Both the position numbers and the translations under genes were made by a program. Shown here one piece after another: positions 29,372-40,134 of a stretch of DNA of 64,000 nt. The stretch lies in NCBI GenBank assembly GCA_048885525.1, contig JBHLLP010000002.1, positions 1 to 64,000 of the forward strand, written 5' to 3'. Each line of letters begins with the position of its first letter. Position 1 is the stretch's first letter. Source of the stretch: Candidatus Hermodarchaeota archaeon. GTDB lineage: Archaea; Asgardarchaeota; Lokiarchaeia; Sigyniarchaeales; SOKP01. Below the pieces are notes generated by a model. It was given only the letters and a program-made list of their open reading frames with translations. It searched no databases and was not told the origin of the DNA.

Positions 29372-30775
29372 TTAAACTTTATGATAAAGATACCTGTCAT
29401 ATGTAACATATTCAACTTTTCCCGTCTTAGAATCTTGATAAAATTTAACTTCTAGTAGATCTGAGGGAATTGTTGAAAATAATTTGAAAGTTAAATCATC
29501 GAAGTCTTCAATAATAAGAGGGAAATTAAAGATTCCATCATCCGTTTCAACTTTAATATGAATGGACATAGCTTTAAAAGACACTTCTAATTTATATAAA
29601 CCTAAGGATGATTTATAAGTACCAGCAATTTTATCATAGATTTCAATTAATTTTAGTTTTTCATTATTTTTTTCAGGATCTTCCCCAAGCATCAACGTTA
29701 AAGCACAAACTCCAATTATTCCACAAATTCCACTATCATCATTTTCAGCAACACTTACTGCAATATTTAACTCTGGAATTAACCCAAAAAAGGAAGTACT
29801 CACACCTAGCCCTCCTCCATGATGAATTAACGTGTTATTCAGAAAGTCTTCCTCCCGAACCCAACCTAAACAATATTTCGGATCTTTACCATACCCATAT
29901 GGTGATTTAATTCTGGGAGTCCAGAGCAACTCTAAAGAGTCTGATTTAATTATCTGCTTATCTTTATAAACGCCCTTATTTAACAAACATTTTGCATAAT
30001 TTGACATTTCATGCATACTTGTGTATAAACCACCAGGAGCTTGAAGATACTCTGAAAAAGGTAACTTAGGTTTATCAAATTCCAATTTTTCCTCTGTACC
30101 TTTATGAATATAGCCGGTAATATAATCTTTCATTGGATCCTTTTCTAGTTGTTCTCGATTGACCGTAGCTCGTGTCATTTCTAATGGTATTAATAGGAAT
30201 TCTCTTAAAACCTCCTCAAATGTTTTTCCAGTTACTTTTTCTACTATCATTCCGAGAAGTGTATACATATCATTATTATAGAAGAATTTTTCCCCTGGCT
30301 TAAAGAAAATCTCATCTTTAGTTTCGGATAAATGATAAAGATAGTCATCAAGAGAACCTATTGGATAAATACGTTGATAACTCCCATAAGTTATAGCAAT
30401 AGGAAGCCATTGTGCATCAACTGAAGGTATTCCACTGCTATGTGATAAGAGATGAATGATTTCAATATCTGGATGGCTTAAAAAGGGTTCGATTTCCAAA
30501 TATTTTTTAACAGGATCATCTAAGTTCAACAAACCTTTCTCTTGTAATTTTAATATTAAAAGGGCAGTAAACGACTTTGAGATACTACCAATCCCTATTA
30601 AAGAATTAGGTGTCATGGGTAAATTTTCTTCAAGATTACGGGCACCAAATCCCTTCTCATATATATTTTTATCATTATGAAAAATATTAATTGCTAAACC
30701 CGGAACCTTAAATTTCCGCATAAGTTTTACAATTATCTTTTGAAGTTGGTTAAATTTGGCATTCATTTGGATCAT
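29372..30775 (-). CDS. Serine hydrolase, beta-lactamase class C / AmpC-like family
   Basis: GSISKSF (SxxK), LLSHSSG, FFYNN, APGGLYTS, HGGG. Confidence 0.9.
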   Translation of the reverse strand: MIQMNAKFNQLQKIIVKLMRKFKVPGLAINIFHNDKNIYEKGFGARNLEENLPMTPNSLIGIGSISKSFTALLILKLQEKGLLNLDDPVKKYLEIEPFLSHPDIEIIHLLSHSSGIPSVDAQWLPIAITYGSYQRIYPIGSLDDYLYHLSETKDEIFFKPGEKFFYNNDMYTLLGMIVEKVTGKTFEEVLREFLLIPLEMTRATVNREQLEKDPMKDYITGYIHKGTEEKLEFDKPKLPFSEYLQAPGGLYTSMHEMSNYAKCLLNKGVYKDKQIIKSDSLELLWTPRIKSPYGYGKDPKYCLGWVREEDFLNNTLIHHGGGLGVSTSFFGLIPELNIAVSVAENDDSGICGIIGVCALTLMLGEDPEKNNEKLKLIEIYDKIAGTYKSSLGLYKLEVSFKAMSIHIKVETDDGIFNFPLIIEDFDDLTFKLFSTIPSDLLEVKFYQDSKTGKVEYVTYDRYLYHKV

Positions 30776-30992
30776 TTTTCTTTTTTATTTTTAATTCTTA
30801 ATCCATTTGTTTATTTTTATCATTTTTGCTTTTAGAGTTTTAAATAAAAAAAATTTAAGTATATATGTTAAAAAATAGTATAATTGATTATTAATGATAA
30901 TTTGAATTATAAATTAATTTTACATTTAAAATTAGAAAAAGAAATTATAACTCTTAATAGAAATCAGCTTTCCTTAAAAAAAGTGATAAAAA

Positions 30993-32273
30993 TTGGAACC
31001 CAGTTCTATAGATCAAATTTCAAGAAGTAAGAGAAAGTTAAAAATTCGTAAAGCTTGGATACTAGCTTTATGTCTTTTAGCTTTTGGTACAACTCTTTAT
31101 TCAGAAATTGAAGGTCAATGGTTTTCTTCTTTTGCACGTGTAATTGCAAATGTGAGTTATTTTAGTGTTTCCATTATGGTGGCATTAGCTGGTATTTTCA
31201 GTACGATTTTTTATTTAACATGGGGGGCAATTTCTGATAATTTACGAACAAATCTTGGACGACGGATCCCTATTATTTTGATTGGTATGATATCAACAGC
31301 GGGGTTAATGATATTCTATATTTCAACCACATATTTTTTACTTATACTAGTTATTGGAGGTTTTCTATTAGCAGTTACTTCAAATATGTTTCATGTTACA
31401 AACAAATCTTTAATTGGGGATTTAATCCCAAAAGAAAAGAGAGGGAGAATTAATTCTATTTTGTTTATAGCTACAAATATGGGTTCCATGACAGTTTGGA
31501 TACCTGCAATAATTCTTTTACCTGAAGGGACGGAAACTTATTCAAGAGGAATCCATTCTATCTTTATTGGAGGAGGAGCTTTACTATTAATCTTTGTAGG
31601 GATTCTTGTAACTTTATTAGTGAAAGAACCTAAAGTGAATACACCTCCAAGTAACTGGCTTCATGATATTAAGAAATTGCTAAATCGTACGGAAATGATG
31701 AAACATAAAGATTTTTTACGCTTATTTGTGGCGATGTTATTTCTAATTATGAGTCAGCATGCTTTTACTCCATTTTTATTAATACTACTTCAAGAAATTC
31801 CATTAGGTCTTATAGAAATTTTAATATTTTTACCTATTATAGGAACAGCTATTGGTTTAGGGATATTTCTTCTAGGAAAATATGTGGATACAATAGGAAG
31901 AAGAAAAGTTGCTTTAATTTGTTTGATAATTTCTCCAATTGGTTGTTTTATTATTACATTTTTGGGGTCGAGTTATCAATTATTATTAATAGGTTTTGGG
32001 ATAATGATGCCTTTTAACATCGGATTATGGCTAGCAACAGATGCATGGACATTAGATTTACTTCCTGAAGAATCACGAGGAAGATTTTTGGGAATAATAA
32101 ATATAGGAAATGCAATTGCAAAAGCACCAGGTGTTCTTATTGCAGGTTATTTAGCAGATAACTTTGGAATTTTATGGGTATTTCTTGTAACGGGTATAAT
32201 ATTATGGATTGGTATTCCATTTTTCTTACGAGTACCAGAAACAATAAAACCAAGAAATGATAATAGTGAGTAA
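30993..32273 (+). CDS. MFS transporter
   Basis: About 12 TM segments; GAISDNLRTNLGRRIP and GKYVDTIGRRKV motif A. Confidence 0.9.
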   Translation: MEPSSIDQISRSKRKLKIRKAWILALCLLAFGTTLYSEIEGQWFSSFARVIANVSYFSVSIMVALAGIFSTIFYLTWGAISDNLRTNLGRRIPIILIGMISTAGLMIFYISTTYFLLILVIGGFLLAVTSNMFHVTNKSLIGDLIPKEKRGRINSILFIATNMGSMTVWIPAIILLPEGTETYSRGIHSIFIGGGALLLIFVGILVTLLVKEPKVNTPPSNWLHDIKKLLNRTEMMKHKDFLRLFVAMLFLIMSQHAFTPFLLILLQEIPLGLIEILIFLPIIGTAIGLGIFLLGKYVDTIGRRKVALICLIISPIGCFIITFLGSSYQLLLIGFGIMMPFNIGLWLATDAWTLDLLPEESRGRFLGIINIGNAIAKAPGVLIAGYLADNFGILWVFLVTGIILWIGIPFFLRVPETIKPRNDNSE

Positions 32274-33762
32274 CGGTAAGTATAAAATTGTTTACATTGG
32301 AGCAGGATCATATCGCTTTTCTATTCCATGCACAATGAATATACTAGACTTCGCTAAAGATTTTAATCCTATTGAGTTATGGCTAGTGGATATTGATGTT
32401 TATTCACTATCCATGATAAGAGAAGTAGTTTGGCGCATGGTTCAACTACATAAAAAAGAGATAGAAATTCATTCCACAGTTGATAGAAGAATAGCACTTC
32501 CTAGTGCAGATTATGTGTTAATTTCAATCTCTGTAGGGATACAAAAATCCGAGTGGATTGATATTCATATTCCATTGAAGTTTGGAATGCCTCAAAATAC
32601 AGGAGATACCGTAGGTCCAGGAGGGATATTTCGTGGTCTTAGAACGATACCTTTAATTGTTGAAATTTTAAAAGATATTAAACAATTATGCCCTAAAGCA
32701 ATAGTTTTAAATTATACAAACCCACAAAGTACTACAATGCTCAGTACTTATCAAACAGCGCCTAATGTTCAATCAGTAGGTCTCTGTCATGAACTATTTT
32801 ATTTAGAGTCGAAAAAATTTAGTAAAGTTTTGAAGTATTGTAAAATAAATACCTCAACCAAAAAGAAATTTCAAATTCTATATGGAGGTCTTAACCATTT
32901 TTCTTGGATAACTAAGTTTGAATACGGCGGAGAAGATCTATATCCAATATTACGAGAAGAGGCAGAATATATGTATAAATCAGGAAAGTTTGGCAGACCA
33001 TTTAATTTTTATCTTCTAAAACAGACGGGTTATCTAACATATGTAGAGGATAGACATGTGGCTGAATTTTTACCTAAATATTATAATTATTTTAATCATT
33101 GGGATAAGCCTTTTAACATCACTGATTTAAGAAGTGTAAGTAGAGTTAATTTAGAAAGAAAATTTATGTACTCTTTGATTAAAGCTCTAAAAAGAAAAAG
33201 ATTTAGTTGGATTATTAAATTATTTTTACGCCCAACTGAAGGTATAGAAAAAGCTTTATTAATGGCTAAAGATAAAGAGAGGAACATTTCAAGACATCAT
33301 GTATGTAATGTATTGAATAATGGAACTATCCCATCCTTACCAAATAACTGTGTAATCGAAATTCCTTGTTATTTCAAAAACGAAAAGATTCATAAAGTAG
33401 TCATAGGGAATCTTCCTAATCCTATTGAAGAATGGGTTATTCTTCATGCAAAAAATCAACAATTGGTTGTAGATGCAGCACTTTCAGGGAATCTTGATGA
33501 TTTGATTAAAGTCTTACTAGCTGATCCTATGTGTAGCTTTATAGAAGATGAAGAAAAAATAGATGCTTTAATGTTTAATATGTTATATTATCAGAAGGAA
33601 TGGTTACCTAATTTCTCGGAGTCCATTCCAGAGTATAGTGATTTAAAAAAAATGAAATATTATATTGAAAAAAAGGAATTATCCACAAGAAAACTTTCAA
33701 GAGAGGAAAAATATCATCCAAATAATTATATTAAAGAGAATTCATGGCCTTTTTGCGCTTAA
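32257..33762 (+). CDS. Glycoside hydrolase family 4 (NAD/Mn-dependent), alpha-galacturonidase-like signature
   Basis: IGAGS, GDTVGPGG, NYTNP, GLCHEL, GLNHF, DRHVAEF. Confidence 0.85.
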   Translation: MIIVSNGKYKIVYIGAGSYRFSIPCTMNILDFAKDFNPIELWLVDIDVYSLSMIREVVWRMVQLHKKEIEIHSTVDRRIALPSADYVLISISVGIQKSEWIDIHIPLKFGMPQNTGDTVGPGGIFRGLRTIPLIVEILKDIKQLCPKAIVLNYTNPQSTTMLSTYQTAPNVQSVGLCHELFYLESKKFSKVLKYCKINTSTKKKFQILYGGLNHFSWITKFEYGGEDLYPILREEAEYMYKSGKFGRPFNFYLLKQTGYLTYVEDRHVAEFLPKYYNYFNHWDKPFNITDLRSVSRVNLERKFMYSLIKALKRKRFSWIIKLFLRPTEGIEKALLMAKDKERNISRHHVCNVLNNGTIPSLPNNCVIEIPCYFKNEKIHKVVIGNLPNPIEEWVILHAKNQQLVVDAALSGNLDDLIKVLLADPMCSFIEDEEKIDALMFNMLYYQKEWLPNFSESIPEYSDLKKMKYYIEKKELSTRKLSREEKYHPNNYIKENSWPFCA

Positions 33763-33930
33763 ACATTATGGAATTTCTATAATTAACAACAAATCTAATC
33801 GAAATTTTAAAAGTATTAAATAATGCTCATAATTAACATGCATAAAATAAAATAAATGATTTGTAGATTTGATAATACTGTGTAAATTTACTATTAATCA
33901 ATTATTAATTATTTTTGAGAGGTAGTTTAG

Positions 33931-34848
33931 TTGGAATTAAAATTCTGTTGTGCTTGGCTTTATGCTATTTCAAAATACAATAAATACGCTGAAAATTTTA
34001 AAGTTAAAGACGTTTTAATTGCTTTAAAACAAATTAAAGAATTAGGTTTTAATACAACTGAATTGGAAGTAATGCGGAAAAAAAATCTTAAAGAAATGTA
34101 TAAAAACAAAAAATTAATCTTAGAGAACTTGGAAAATTTAAATTTGAAAGCTAATAATTTTTGTGCAGTATTTCCAGAATTAATGACGACAGAATGGAAA
34201 AATCATATTGATTTATTCGAAAGATCTACTGAATTAGCAGTATACTTTGGATGTGATACAATTCAAGTGGACTCTCATTTACCTCCTTTAAAATATAATT
34301 CAGAACATCCCTATGATGAAACGATAAAGTTTGATGTAAATATTAAAGTTAAAGTAGAAGAGGGTCTTGATTCTTTTAATTGGAACAATCATTGGAATAA
34401 TCTCGTGGATTCTATAAAAAAATGTGATTCAATTGCATATGATAATGGTTTAAAACTATGTTTAGAACCTAGAGTTCACGAATCAATACCTAATACCGAA
34501 GCAATATTAAGATTGTTTGATTGGGTTAATTCTGATAATTTTGGAGCAGTTTTAGATTGTGGACATTTACATGCTCAAAAAGAAAGCATTCCACTTTCCG
34601 TTGAAAAATTAGGAAAGAAAATATTTTTTGTACACGCCTCTGATAACGATGGACGTGATAACAAGCATCTAGGCATTGGTCGAGGGAACATTGATTGGGA
34701 AGGAACACTTAAAACGCTGAAGAAACATAAATATAAAGGTTTTATTGCTATAGATATTGGAAAACTACCTCCTGAATACGATTTAGACCAAGAAATTCAT
34801 AATTCTATTAGATATCTTAAAAATCTTGCTAATAAAATTTTAGATTAA
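33931..34848 (+). CDS. Sugar phosphate isomerase/epimerase (xylose-isomerase-like TIM barrel)
   Basis: LCLEP, LDCGH, VHASDN, HLGIGRGNIDW. Confidence 0.85.
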   Translation: MELKFCCAWLYAISKYNKYAENFKVKDVLIALKQIKELGFNTTELEVMRKKNLKEMYKNKKLILENLENLNLKANNFCAVFPELMTTEWKNHIDLFERSTELAVYFGCDTIQVDSHLPPLKYNSEHPYDETIKFDVNIKVKVEEGLDSFNWNNHWNNLVDSIKKCDSIAYDNGLKLCLEPRVHESIPNTEAILRLFDWVNSDNFGAVLDCGHLHAQKESIPLSVEKLGKKIFFVHASDNDGRDNKHLGIGRGNIDWEGTLKTLKKHKYKGFIAIDIGKLPPEYDLDQEIHNSIRYLKNLANKILD

Positions 34849-34897
34849 AATAAATATAGTTAATTATGTATTCAGAGACTATAAGAGTATTAGATTA

Positions 34898-36259
34898 ATG
34901 AAACAATTAACAGGTATAGTAATAGGTGCGGGAAACCGTGGGGCAGATGCTTATGCTTCCTATGCCTTAGCTTATCCCAAAGAATTAAAAATTGTGAGTG
35001 TTGCAGAACCAAATCCAATTAGACGTGAAAATTTAGCATTTAGTCACAAAATCCCAAAAAACTATGAATATGATGATTGGAAAGAGATTCTAGAACAACC
35101 GAAATTGGCTGATGTTGCAATTATCACTACACAGGATAAAATGCATTATGAACCCGCAATGAATGCTATGAAACAAGGTTATCATGTGCTTTTAGAAAAA
35201 CCAATGGCTACGACAGAAAAGGAATGTCGCAATTTAGCACAAACTTCTGAAGATACCGGTGTTATTTTACAAATATGCCATGTTCTTAGGTATACTAAAT
35301 TATTTAGTTATTTAAAAGAAATTATTGATTCTGGAAAATTGGGAGCTATTATTAATATTAACTACTCTATTAACCTTGGTCATTGGATTTATGCCCATAG
35401 CTTTGTCCGAGGGAGCTGGAGAAACCAAGAAGAAACATCTCCTATGATATTAGCTAAAGCTTGCCATGATTTTGATATTCTTTATTGGTTTGCAGGTGCA
35501 GATCCGATTAAAATTTCTTCTTTTGCCAGATCAAGTTATTTAACAAGCGAAAATCGTCCTAAAGGTGCTACTAAAAGATGTGCTGATGGATGTCCCCATT
35601 TAAATACATGTCAATATAATGCTATCAATACATATCTTAACACTGTTCAATTCCATAATGATCTTTTACAAACTGAAAAAAAAGGGATGAGATGGTTTAT
35701 CAAACTGTGGAAAAATCATCCTAAAATTACTAAATTATTAATACCTCAATTCAGAAAAAATACACCATATCGTGGTTGGCCCATTAATACGATTTCAGAA
35801 GATCTATCAGATGAAGGTATATTAAAAGTACTAAAAGAGGGTCCTTACGGAAGATGTGTATTTAACTGTGATAATGATCAACCTTCAGCTCAAATAACTA
35901 ATATTGAGTTTTCAAATCAAATCATTGCGACATTAACAATGCATGGACACTCTCATAGAGAAGGTCGATTTGTTCGAATTGATGGAACAAAAGCAAGTTT
36001 AATTGGAGAATTTACTCTAATGGGAATGCCCGTCACCCTATATGATCATCTAACAGGGAAAAAATTTCACTATAAAATAAAACTTACAAAAAATCCACAT
36101 GAATATGAGGATTATCCTCTAATAAGAAGATTTCTAGCAGCAGTTCGAGGTGAAGAAAAACCCTTGACTACTGCTCGAGAATCTCTTCAAAGTCATCTAA
36201 TGTCTTTTGCTGCTGATCAATCTCTCAAAGAAGAGAAGATTATTCATATCAAGAATTAA
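34898..36259 (+). CDS. Gfo/Idh/MocA family oxidoreductase
   Basis: IGAGNRG, VLLEKPMA, CHVLRY, HSFVRGSWR, KACHDFD. Confidence 0.9.
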   Translation: MKQLTGIVIGAGNRGADAYASYALAYPKELKIVSVAEPNPIRRENLAFSHKIPKNYEYDDWKEILEQPKLADVAIITTQDKMHYEPAMNAMKQGYHVLLEKPMATTEKECRNLAQTSEDTGVILQICHVLRYTKLFSYLKEIIDSGKLGAIININYSINLGHWIYAHSFVRGSWRNQEETSPMILAKACHDFDILYWFAGADPIKISSFARSSYLTSENRPKGATKRCADGCPHLNTCQYNAINTYLNTVQFHNDLLQTEKKGMRWFIKLWKNHPKITKLLIPQFRKNTPYRGWPINTISEDLSDEGILKVLKEGPYGRCVFNCDNDQPSAQITNIEFSNQIIATLTMHGHSHREGRFVRIDGTKASLIGEFTLMGMPVTLYDHLTGKKFHYKIKLTKNPHEYEDYPLIRRFLAAVRGEEKPLTTARESLQSHLMSFAADQSLKEEKIIHIKN

Positions 36260-36272
36260 ATTGGTGAATATT

Positions 36273-37343
36273 ATGACTCCATTCAAAATATCGTCCAAAT
36301 TAAAAAAAAAATTAGGAAAAATTGATCGAAAAAACGATAACTTGAATTATTCTTTACAACCTTTTGTTACAAAATGGTTAAAGGAGCATCCCCCTAAAAT
36401 GACTTATACATTAAAGCCACAAGAAATGAGCTTTGAATCATGGAAACAACAAGTTAGAGAATTAATCATTAATAAGATACCCACTATAGAACCACTACCT
36501 CTTGAAAAACAACAATTAAAAATATATGGTGAAACAACGTCAAATGGAATTAAAATTACTCAATTTTCTTTAATGGCAATTCCGGGATTAAGAGTACCAG
36601 CAATAATGTGTATTCCTGAAAATCTTGATCATAAGAAACCTGTTTGTATTTGCATACATGGACATGATCAAAGTATTTACAATTCTGTTGGAATTAAAAA
36701 ATCCAAGAATAAAGAATATTTTGGATATGAACTCGCTAATTTAGGATTAATAACACTTTCTTTTGATTGGATTGGAAGTGGGGTTCGGGAATCTTTTAAG
36801 AATAAATTTCTTTTTTTCCTAAAAGATGAGGGGCAAAGAACCAATTGGCTGAGATTTATAGGATTGGATATGATGGGACTCCGTATAACTGAAGTAAAAG
36901 CATTATTAAATTATTTAGAAAATCAAGATCAAGTAGACCCTACACGTTTAGGAATAATCGGCCATTCAGGAGGGGGAACACTTTCTTTATTTGCCACACT
37001 TTTTGATGATAGAATTAAAGTATGTGCGACTTCAGGATACTTTAGTACATGGGATCACTCAATTCTAGCGATGTATCATTGTGGTTGTAATTATATCGCA
37101 GATCTGAGAAAATATCTTGAATTATATGATGTGTATGCTTCTTTAGCACCACGCCCTTTAGCGATTACAATAGGAGAAAAAGATAAGATATTTCCCTACA
37201 AAGGAACTAAAATCTCTATCCCGATAATCGAAGAAGCTTATAAGGAAACAAATCATCCCGAAAATTTGCTAATTCATGTACAAAAAGAAGGTCATAGATT
37301 TAGTGGAGAAAAGATATATCCATTCATGTTAAAACATCTATAA
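36273..37343 (+). CDS. Alpha/beta hydrolase (dienelactone hydrolase / carbohydrate esterase-like)
   Basis: IHGH, GHSGGG nucleophile elbow, GEKD, GH. ATG 36273 follows GGTGA, so it is preferred over the track TTG. Confidence 0.85.
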   Translation: MTPFKISSKLKKKLGKIDRKNDNLNYSLQPFVTKWLKEHPPKMTYTLKPQEMSFESWKQQVRELIINKIPTIEPLPLEKQQLKIYGETTSNGIKITQFSLMAIPGLRVPAIMCIPENLDHKKPVCICIHGHDQSIYNSVGIKKSKNKEYFGYELANLGLITLSFDWIGSGVRESFKNKFLFFLKDEGQRTNWLRFIGLDMMGLRITEVKALLNYLENQDQVDPTRLGIIGHSGGGTLSLFATLFDDRIKVCATSGYFSTWDHSILAMYHCGCNYIADLRKYLELYDVYASLAPRPLAITIGEKDKIFPYKGTKISIPIIEEAYKETNHPENLLIHVQKEGHRFSGEKIYPFMLKHL

Positions 37344-37482
37344 ATATATTGAAAAACTGAAAATTAAAGTTATTTCTCAGAATTGAAATAGCCTTTATTT
37401 ATTAGCAAAATTTAAATAATTCCTTTACAAAATTATATTCTATTATAATTAAACAAATTTATTATTTTTAAGGTGATGTTAT

Positions 37483-38217
37483 ATCTCTAAATTTAAAGAA
37501 TCGTTAGGGAACATTCGGGAAAAATATAAAAGTATAAAAGAAATTAATAGAAATATAATTTCCACAATTTTCATAGCTATCATAACTTTATTCATTGGAT
37601 TATTAATAACTTATATTGTTTTTCATTTAATACCTGGAGATCCAATTTTAGCTCAATTACCACTACACTTTACTGAAGAACAGTATATCTATATGGCCAA
37701 TCGATTAGGATTTGAATATAATCCATTTTTAGATACCTATATCCTACAATTTTCTCGCTTTCTTGGTGATCTGCTCAATGGTGCTTGGGGTTGGTCAAGT
37801 TCTTTAAACCGAGGCATGCCTGTTTATGAAATGCTTTCTGAATACACTATATTTCTACATTTGATAATAATAGCTATAATCCCACTAATCATTGGTATAG
37901 TTTATATGATAAAGTCAACGCATCGAAAATTAATAGTTTTCAATACACTAGTAATTGTAATAACTCTGGGTTGTACCTTTGGAGTATATATGGCATTTAG
38001 TGAACTATTTAATATCAGAGGATTTGGATCACTTTTAATAGATGCCTACATCTACTATGATCATTACGTTATAGTTGGATGTTCATTCATAATAGTGATA
38101 ATGTTTGTTCTCATACCTTTAATATCAAATGTTATCCTTAGCGTCTATAAATTGCGATTAAGTAAATCTCTTGAGAGAGATATCGAATCAAATTTGAAAA
38201 ATGCTACAAATGCATAA
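37483..38217 (+). CDS. Shortened DppB/OppB-like ABC permease; probable ATC start
   Basis: Frame is open from 37477. IITLFIGLLITYIVFHLIPGDP...RLG...QFSRFLGDLLNGAWGWS and ELFNIRGFGSLLIDA...DHYVIVG are DppB motifs. AAGGTGAT at 37470-37477. Confidence 0.65.
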   Translation: MSKFKESLGNIREKYKSIKEINRNIISTIFIAIITLFIGLLITYIVFHLIPGDPILAQLPLHFTEEQYIYMANRLGFEYNPFLDTYILQFSRFLGDLLNGAWGWSSSLNRGMPVYEMLSEYTIFLHLIIIAIIPLIIGIVYMIKSTHRKLIVFNTLVIVITLGCTFGVYMAFSELFNIRGFGSLLIDAYIYYDHYVIVGCSFIIVIMFVLIPLISNVILSVYKLRLSKSLERDIESNLKNATNA

Positions 38218-38223
38218 TAAAAA

Positions 38224-39942
38224 TTATGCTTTTTTAGCAAAAGGTTCAAGATCTAAGGCTTCAAAAATATCATCTACTGATTCAATTGTTCCTAAAAAGT
38301 GCCATTCCCCTTCATCGACATTCTGACCAGATCCATATCTCGAAGCCATATTATAAAGTCTATTAAAATTTTCATAATGCAGAGCAACTCTATTTTCTGC
38401 ATAATCTCGAGCAGACCAAGTTGTTATCAAAAATTGCCAATCGCTACTTTCTAAGAGGAGGAGTTCTCGCGCCATCTGCTTCAAGATTTTAATTAGATTA
38501 GGATCACTAGAGTCTTTAAATTTTGCTATAATATCTTCACTCTTAGCTTCGCATTCATATATTCTCTCCCATGTCCACGTCGTCCACTCATTAAGCCACA
38601 CCCAGTGAGATGAAGCTTGACCCCAAGAACCCTCAATTACACTTACCACCTTGCTTGGTGGATTTGCTTCAAGATACAACTTTGAATTTGTCAGATTTAT
38701 TTCGGGATCATCTTCCATCCAACGAAGAATACGTGATATCCACCAATTTCCCTCGAACCACCAGTGACCAAATAGTTCAGCATCATAAGGTGCTACAATT
38801 ATACCTTCATTTCCATTTCTATTTTTATAATCTCTCAAAATATCCTTAACTAGATTTAAATAATGTCCGGCATTTTCATCCAATTTTCCTGGGACATCTT
38901 CGGGCCAATATAACATCTTCTTTCCCAAATCTAGCTTTGGGCTAGTAACTTTCCAATATTTCATCCCTCCAGGCCAGTGCTTCTTATGAAAATCGAGATA
39001 TTCAGCGCAGCCAGGATATCCATGTTCTCCGCTCCATACCACAATCCCTGTTTTTTCATCTCTTGTAAAAAAACCAACTGGTCCAGGAGTGCTGGGATCA
39101 GTAGAAACTAAGTAAGGTTCATATTGAGACTTTTCAAAAGAGGTTGGAATTTCTTCATATTGAGATTCAAATTGTTTCCAGAGTTCTGCAAGCAAAGGAA
39201 ATCGAGCAGCATAGACACCCTGTGATTTACCACCTAAGAGTAATGTGGTATCAATGAAGAAATACTTTAAACCATTTTTAGCAAGAAAATATTCTACACC
39301 AGGGCGATTATATTCTTCCCCAGTTATGGGGTTTTTCCAACGATATCCGGGACGATAAGCGCACTCAGGTAACCATGCACCTGTAGGCGCTCTCCCAAAA
39401 TGACGTTTATAATTATCTACTGCTGTCTTAAATTGGGCATCAATTGATGTTTCTTTAGAAAGCAATGGTGCATATCCATGAGTTGCCCCACAAGTAATAA
39501 TATCAACATGTCCCATATCTTGTAAGTTCTTAAAAGCCCCCACGATATCCTTATTGTATCTGTGTATAAAATTATCTCTAACTCGGTCATAGAACTCCTG
39601 CCACCACTTTGTTAATTTGATTCTCCCTTCTTCATATTTGTTTTCTGTAAAATCTTCAAAATCGAATAAAGCGGCATTATGTTTTTCTTCCAAATAGCCT
39701 AAAAACCCTTCAGTAAATTTGGGATTTCGAAGCATTTCACATAAGACAGGAGTAAGACCAACAGTAAGTTTTGGATGATATCCTTCATCTACGAGTTTGT
39801 ATAATTCTATCAAGAGGGGAATATATGTTTCTGCCGCTGCTTCATTAACCCAATCCATACCATGGGGCCATACACCATGGCCTAATACCCATGGGAGGTG
39901 GCTATGTAAGACCAGACAGAAGGAGCCTAAAATTTCAGTCAT
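38224..39942 (-). CDS. GH57 1,4-alpha-glucan branching enzyme (DUF1957 C-terminus)
   Basis: LHSHLPWV, ETYIP, THGYAP, WLPECAY, YDAELFGHWWFEG, RELLLLESSDWQF. Confidence 0.93.
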   Translation of the reverse strand: MTEILGSFCLVLHSHLPWVLGHGVWPHGMDWVNEAAAETYIPLLIELYKLVDEGYHPKLTVGLTPVLCEMLRNPKFTEGFLGYLEEKHNAALFDFEDFTENKYEEGRIKLTKWWQEFYDRVRDNFIHRYNKDIVGAFKNLQDMGHVDIITCGATHGYAPLLSKETSIDAQFKTAVDNYKRHFGRAPTGAWLPECAYRPGYRWKNPITGEEYNRPGVEYFLAKNGLKYFFIDTTLLLGGKSQGVYAARFPLLAELWKQFESQYEEIPTSFEKSQYEPYLVSTDPSTPGPVGFFTRDEKTGIVVWSGEHGYPGCAEYLDFHKKHWPGGMKYWKVTSPKLDLGKKMLYWPEDVPGKLDENAGHYLNLVKDILRDYKNRNGNEGIIVAPYDAELFGHWWFEGNWWISRILRWMEDDPEINLTNSKLYLEANPPSKVVSVIEGSWGQASSHWVWLNEWTTWTWERIYECEAKSEDIIAKFKDSSDPNLIKILKQMARELLLLESSDWQFLITTWSARDYAENRVALHYENFNRLYNMASRYGSGQNVDEGEWHFLGTIESVDDIFEALDLEPFAKKA

Positions 39943-40134
39943 TTTTTAATACTCTTTATAAATAATATTCTATAATTTTAAATTAGTTATAAGTACATAA
40001 TTTTTCATTTCTTAAATACCAAAAAGATGGTAAAAATATTCTAAAAACGTTAAAGTTATATATTCTTATTTAGCTTTTAAACATATATAATTTCCAATTG
40101 AAATTTCATTGAGATACTAAAAAAGTAGTAATTA

